From Lentimonas sp. (GTDB lineage: Bacteria > Verrucomicrobiota > Verrucomicrobiia > Opitutales > Coraliomargaritaceae): a DNA stretch of 64,000 nt. Position numbers and translations under genes: made by a program. Location: positions 241 through 64,240 of the forward strand of contig JBLHTV010000001.1 of the NCBI GenBank assembly GCA_047627755.1, in the 5' to 3' direction. A model generated the notes under the pieces. It had not been told where the DNA came from. It did no database searches and saw nothing but the letters and a program-made list of their open reading frames with translations. Below, in pieces: positions 59,669 through 64,000 of the stretch (within the stretch, counting starts at the first letter, position 1; each line of letters begins with the position of its first letter).

Positions 59669-61402
59669 ATGTTAAAAAATACATTACTCATTCTGTTCCT
59701 ATTCGTCCAAACGCTAGGGCAAACATATGCAGCCAGCAACGATCTAATACGTCCCAACGTTGTCTTCATCATCTGCGATGACCTCAATGACTTCGGCTCC
59801 GTTCATGGGGGTCACCCTCAGGCGCTCACACCACACATGCGTAGCTTTGCGAAGTCCGCAGTGACTTTCCAGCATGCCTATAGTAACAACCCCGTCTGCG
59901 CCCCATCGCGTGCAAGTATCTACACAGGTATTTATCCCCACACTTCCAACAATCTATTCTGGGCTAAGTGGTTTGATAACCCCGTGCTAAAGAACTCCAA
60001 GACGATTATGGAATTCTTCAAAGAGAATGGCTACCATGTCGCCGGAACGGGAAAGAATGAACATGATCACCGACCCGCCGACTGGAGTGAATACAAAAGC
60101 AAGACTGACTACGGGCCTTATTGGTTCGACGGCAAAAAGCGCAATGCTAACCCATGGGTGCCTGCTCCTTTTTCGAATATTGGCGCAATCGACGGCTCAT
60201 TTGGTCCCCTACGTATGGACCATGAAGGACAACCCGCAGGAGCTGGCTGGAAATACGGCTGGGGTAAAGAGCAAGTTCTCGACTTTGGTAACCACGACTC
60301 ACGTGATCTGACTCCCGACGAATTGAACGCTGAATGGGCAGCCAAAACGCTGGAAAAATTTGCCGAGCATACGTCTCCCCAGCCACTTTTTCTTGCGGTA
60401 GGATTTGTCCGTCCACATACACCAATTCATGTGCCTCAAGAGTATTTCGATCGCCTCCCAGTAGATGCGCTCCTACTTCCAGCAAGCATACCAAACGACC
60501 TTGATGACACTTATCTAAAAAGTGCAGATCCATCTGATGGAAACGGGGATGACAAAGGCTACCGCTACTATAAACTTATAGAGGAGTCCTATGGCAGCTC
60601 CGAGCAAGGCATAAAAGCATTCCTGCGCGCCTATCTCGCAGGTGTTGCCGCGGTGGATGACTGCGTCGGCACCGTCATTGATGCAGTTGACAAAAATGGT
60701 CTCGCCGAAAACACGATCGTCATCGTGACCAGTGACCACGGCTGGGACATGGGGCAAAAAGGCTATTTATTTAAAAATACACTGTGGGAAGACAGTACGC
60801 GTATCCCGATGCTTATTCGTGCCCCTGGAATCAGCCAAGCTGGAGGCGTAACGACGCAGCCAGTATCGCTGATCGACCTCTACCCAACGCTCGCCGACCT
60901 CTGCAATCTGCAAGGCGACACGCGCAAGAACAACCAAGGCGCCCCACTCGACGGTTTTAGCATGCGTCCTCTACTCGCGAATCCGCAAGCTGGCAACTGG
61001 GACGGCCCTGACGGTGCCCTCACGATGCGCTTTGCGGGCCCGCAGAATAATAATGTGCCCGCCAAGCAGCACTGGGCCTACCGCACCGAGCGTTACCGCT
61101 ACATCGTTTACAACGACGCCAACGAAGAGCTCTACGACCATTCCAATGATCCGCATGAGTTACGCAACCTCGCCGACAACCCGGAATACGCATCACTCAA
61201 AGCTCAATACAAAAAAGCCATCTTCGACCAGCTCCCCAGCAAAGAAGAAAGCCATAAAACCACTGAAAAGGCTCAAGCAGCCAACAAAGTTGACACCGAA
61301 AAGTGGAAGAATCTCTATTTAAAGAAGCACCCCGAAGCCGATACGAATCAGGACCGCACACTCAGCTGGCCAGAATTCCAAAAACACAAAAAGGGCCAAT
61401 AA
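59669..61402 (+). CDS. S1 sulfatase (probably S1_7), paralogue of 12977-14704, with EF-hand-like tail
   Basis: DDLN, CAPSR, TGIYPHTSNN, IDGSFGP, RPHTP and SDHG motifs; tail DTNQDRTLSWPE. Confidence 0.92.
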   Translation: MLKNTLLILFLFVQTLGQTYAASNDLIRPNVVFIICDDLNDFGSVHGGHPQALTPHMRSFAKSAVTFQHAYSNNPVCAPSRASIYTGIYPHTSNNLFWAKWFDNPVLKNSKTIMEFFKENGYHVAGTGKNEHDHRPADWSEYKSKTDYGPYWFDGKKRNANPWVPAPFSNIGAIDGSFGPLRMDHEGQPAGAGWKYGWGKEQVLDFGNHDSRDLTPDELNAEWAAKTLEKFAEHTSPQPLFLAVGFVRPHTPIHVPQEYFDRLPVDALLLPASIPNDLDDTYLKSADPSDGNGDDKGYRYYKLIEESYGSSEQGIKAFLRAYLAGVAAVDDCVGTVIDAVDKNGLAENTIVIVTSDHGWDMGQKGYLFKNTLWEDSTRIPMLIRAPGISQAGGVTTQPVSLIDLYPTLADLCNLQGDTRKNNQGAPLDGFSMRPLLANPQAGNWDGPDGALTMRFAGPQNNNVPAKQHWAYRTERYRYIVYNDANEELYDHSNDPHELRNLADNPEYASLKAQYKKAIFDQLPSKEESHKTTEKAQAANKVDTEKWKNLYLKKHPEADTNQDRTLSWPEFQKHKKGQ

Positions 61403-61526
61403 TCAGCCCAACAATCGAGTTGCCGTTTGCCTGCAACACTAGAGACTCAGCTACACCCCATCACTCAATCGACACAGCCGTTGCCCAAATCGTCCACAAG
61501 CAAAAACAGACAATTAATCCGGCAAC

Positions 61527-63308
61527 ATGGGGAATCTTATCCTTAAAAAACTAGCGACTATAGTGCGCAGTAGTGGGCTCCGCGCATTTCCACTCAAAGA
61601 CACGCTCAAGAATTACAGCTACGCGAAGGCCAAGTCCGACGCGAAAGCCGCCGTCAACGTCGCCTTACTTGATTTCCCGCAAGCGATGGCTTATGCGCTG
61701 ATCGCAGGGCTTCCGGTGCAAATCGGCATTTATTGCTCGGCACTCTCATCCATAACCGGACCGATGCTCGCGAGCTCGCGTTTTGTCATGCTCGGACCGA
61801 CCAACGCCACCGCAGTCATGCTGCTGAGTGCCTTTCTCACGCTCGGCTACGACCAGCAACAAGCCGTCGCCGCCCTGCCGCTGCTACTGCTGATGGTATC
61901 CGCGTTCATGATACTCGGCGCCCTCTGTAAAGTCGCAAGTATCGTGCAATATGTATCGCGAGCAGTTGTCACTGGATACATCACAGCCGCCGCCTGCTTG
62001 ATCCTGGTGAATCAGCTTAAAACTGTTTGCGGTCTGAACATCCCCCGAGCTGGCACATTTCTAGAATCATTAGTCATCGTGGCCAAGTCGATCCACCTCA
62101 GCGAGTCGAACTCGCTCTTAGTTGCGGGTATCACACTGGCCATCTATTTACCCCTGAAACGCTTCGGCAAAGCGCTGCCCACCGTCGCCGTCACACTCAT
62201 TTTGATTTCCCTCGTGACAGAATTCCTGCTCAAACCAGCAGGCATCAGTGCGCCAATGCTTAGTGGTATCTCTTTCGACTCGTGGCCGCTATCCATGCCG
62301 TCCGCAGTGCTTTCCGACATTCCTCTACTGGCCAATACGGCAATGGCCATCGCCTTCCTCTCGCTACTGGAAAGTGCCTCCATCGCCAAGACACTCGCCG
62401 CTCAAGCGGGTGACCGGATCGACCTAAACCAACAAATGCTCAGCATGGGAGTTGCCAACGCAGCAGGGGCGTTCGGCTCAGGCATGTCCGTATCTGGGTC
62501 GCTCACTCGCTCTGTGCTCAACTTCAACAGTGGTGCAAAAACAGCCGTCTCCAGTATTTTCAGCGGCCTGCTCTTACTCTGTGGCCTCATCTTTCTCGGC
62601 CCGAAGATCGCATACATACCGAAGCCGGCACTCGCCGCACTCGTCATGACAGTGGGCGTCTCTCTCATTAGCAAAGAGCACATTCGACTCTCCCTCAAAA
62701 CAACCAAGAGCGATGCCAGTGTATTTATCGTCACCTTTTTCAGTGGCCTCGTCCTCTCTCTCGACACCGCGATCTATATTGGCACGGCTGCATCCATCGT
62801 CCTATTCGTCCGCAAAGCCGCACGCCCACAATTAAAAGAGATCGCATTCGACCAAAAGGGACAACTCGTTGATAAACAGCTCACGCCAGTCGAAGAACGC
62901 CGACCAAGCATCGCGATCGTCCACGTCGAGGGTGATATGTTCTTTGCCTCATGCGACATGCTTCTACAACAAATGCGCAACCTGGTCGAACATCCCGAGA
63001 TGCGCATCATCATCCTACGCACACGCAACGCTCACCACTTAGACGGGACCGCTGCGATGGCAATCCGGGACCTCATGCGCTTTGCACGTTCGCGTGATCG
63101 CGACCTAATTGTCAGCGGCGCCCATGAAGACGTCGAACGCGTGTTCCGCAATTCGGGCCTCATCGACGAATTAGGCGAAGCCAACTTCCACCGTTGGCAC
63201 CCCAACCAACCAAATATCTCAACCCGAAATGCCCTTAAACGCGCACAAGAAATCCTCGGCAAAGAGAGCGCCGACATCACCATTTACGCCAGCGAAAAGA
63301 AATCATAG
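61527..63308 (+). CDS. sulP: SulP-family anion (sulfate) transporter with STAS domain
   Basis: PQAMAYALIAGLP..GIY, GPT and SGSLTRS motifs; STAS domain (EGDMFFA, LDGT). Confidence 0.92.
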   Translation: MGNLILKKLATIVRSSGLRAFPLKDTLKNYSYAKAKSDAKAAVNVALLDFPQAMAYALIAGLPVQIGIYCSALSSITGPMLASSRFVMLGPTNATAVMLLSAFLTLGYDQQQAVAALPLLLLMVSAFMILGALCKVASIVQYVSRAVVTGYITAAACLILVNQLKTVCGLNIPRAGTFLESLVIVAKSIHLSESNSLLVAGITLAIYLPLKRFGKALPTVAVTLILISLVTEFLLKPAGISAPMLSGISFDSWPLSMPSAVLSDIPLLANTAMAIAFLSLLESASIAKTLAAQAGDRIDLNQQMLSMGVANAAGAFGSGMSVSGSLTRSVLNFNSGAKTAVSSIFSGLLLLCGLIFLGPKIAYIPKPALAALVMTVGVSLISKEHIRLSLKTTKSDASVFIVTFFSGLVLSLDTAIYIGTAASIVLFVRKAARPQLKEIAFDQKGQLVDKQLTPVEERRPSIAIVHVEGDMFFASCDMLLQQMRNLVEHPEMRIIILRTRNAHHLDGTAAMAIRDLMRFARSRDRDLIVSGAHEDVERVFRNSGLIDELGEANFHRWHPNQPNISTRNALKRAQEILGKESADITIYASEKKS

Positions 63309-63313
63309 CCCCC

Positions 63314-64000
63314 ATGCATACATATTCACTCCCCTTCCTCGTCTGCCTCTGCCTCGCGACGCAGTTGGCGACTGCACAGTCGACATCTGCGCAGCCTTTT
63401 TGTGCAGTCGAACCACAGGCAGTTCAGCTCCTCGATTTCACGCAAAACACACTCGCAGTCACAAGCGCCGGAGCTGAGGTGCAGCACAACCAAGGCTATC
63501 ACATCAAGTTTACCGAAACAGAAGGTCACGTAATCTGGAGCGCACCTAAAGGCGGCTGGCATTGGAGTGAGTATGTCGGTATCGGCATCGACCTGAAAAA
63601 TGAAAGCGACCGCACCATTCGTCTCGTCGGCCAACTTGAAGATCGCCCCAATAGCGGCAGCTTCATCTTACTACCACCGCAGACAGAGGATCGATTGGTC
63701 CTCTACCTCCGGCGCAAGGGGCTACCAGAGGATTCTTCGTTTGCGGATATGCGCGGTATTCCCGGTGGGCATATGGCGCATTGGAGTATCCCCGACTCGA
63801 ATAGAATCCGAAGTTTCCAACTACACGATATCGATGGCTGTGGGCTCAATGCCACGATCACCGTCAAAGCCATTTACGGTCTCGGCAAACACGGCGTGCT
63901 CTCGCACCCCGGCAGCGATTCCTTCTTCCCCTTTATCAATGCATACGGTCAATACAAGCACGGCAACTGGCCCGGAAAGATCCATTCGGACTCAGACCTG
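63314..64000 (+). CDS. GH50 beta-agarase-like protein, 5' part only
   Basis: Not in the ORF track. Manual translation MHTYSLPFLVCLCLATQLATAQ...MRGIPGG...FFPFINAYGQYKHGNWPGKIHSDSDL is open to the window end and matches FFPFIDAYGQFKHETWPGKI of 31612-33252. Confidence 0.85.
   Translation, partial: MHTYSLPFLVCLCLATQLATAQSTSAQPFCAVEPQAVQLLDFTQNTLAVTSAGAEVQHNQGYHIKFTETEGHVIWSAPKGGWHWSEYVGIGIDLKNESDRTIRLVGQLEDRPNSGSFILLPPQTEDRLVLYLRRKGLPEDSSFADMRGIPGGHMAHWSIPDSNRIRSFQLHDIDGCGLNATITVKAIYGLGKHGVLSHPGSDSFFPFINAYGQYKHGNWPGKIHSDSDL

Noticed and set aside
1-64000. CRISPR arrays, tRNA/rRNA, integrase, phage or defence genes
   Set aside because: No regularly spaced repeats, RNA gene signatures or relevant protein motifs were seen by eye. 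Small ncRNAs cannot be excluded.

Overview
The window looks like chromosome from a marine verrucomicrobium, probably Opitutales/Puniceicoccaceae. This is inferred from a PEP-CTERM protein, a prepilin/H-X9-DG protein, a PilX-like giant protein and the sulfatase density. The first 3.6 kb are housekeeping genes: pyrC (partial), rdgB, ribD and an MBL hydrolase. An IS cluster follows at 3782-6943: an IS256, a decayed IS5 with TIRs and a 4-bp TSD, and a third orphan IS5-type end. The remaining ~57 kb is a sulfated-galactan utilisation region that runs off the right edge. It holds 11 S1 sulfatases, two GH2, one GH42, two GH50-like genes (one internally deleted, one partial), an unclassified clan GH-A lipoprotein, a beta-helix protein, two esterases, PhoD, AraC, a GPH/MFS symporter and SulP. 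It also holds a four-gene pathway (dehydrogenase, enolase-superfamily cycloisomerase, aldolase, kinase) matching the 3,6-anhydro-D-galactose route used in carrageenan catabolism. No SusC/D pair and no recognisable GH16/GH82/GH117/GH127/GH129 gene is present. Main leads: (1) uncharacterised enzymes co-oriented with the anhydrogalactose pathway; (2) one unnamed beta-rich domain shared by the PEP-CTERM protein and a sulfatase; (3) pilin-type surface genes in place of TonB uptake; (4) a 70-bp promoter/operator duplicated ahead of two operons. All family calls come from motif recognition by eye; no searches were run.
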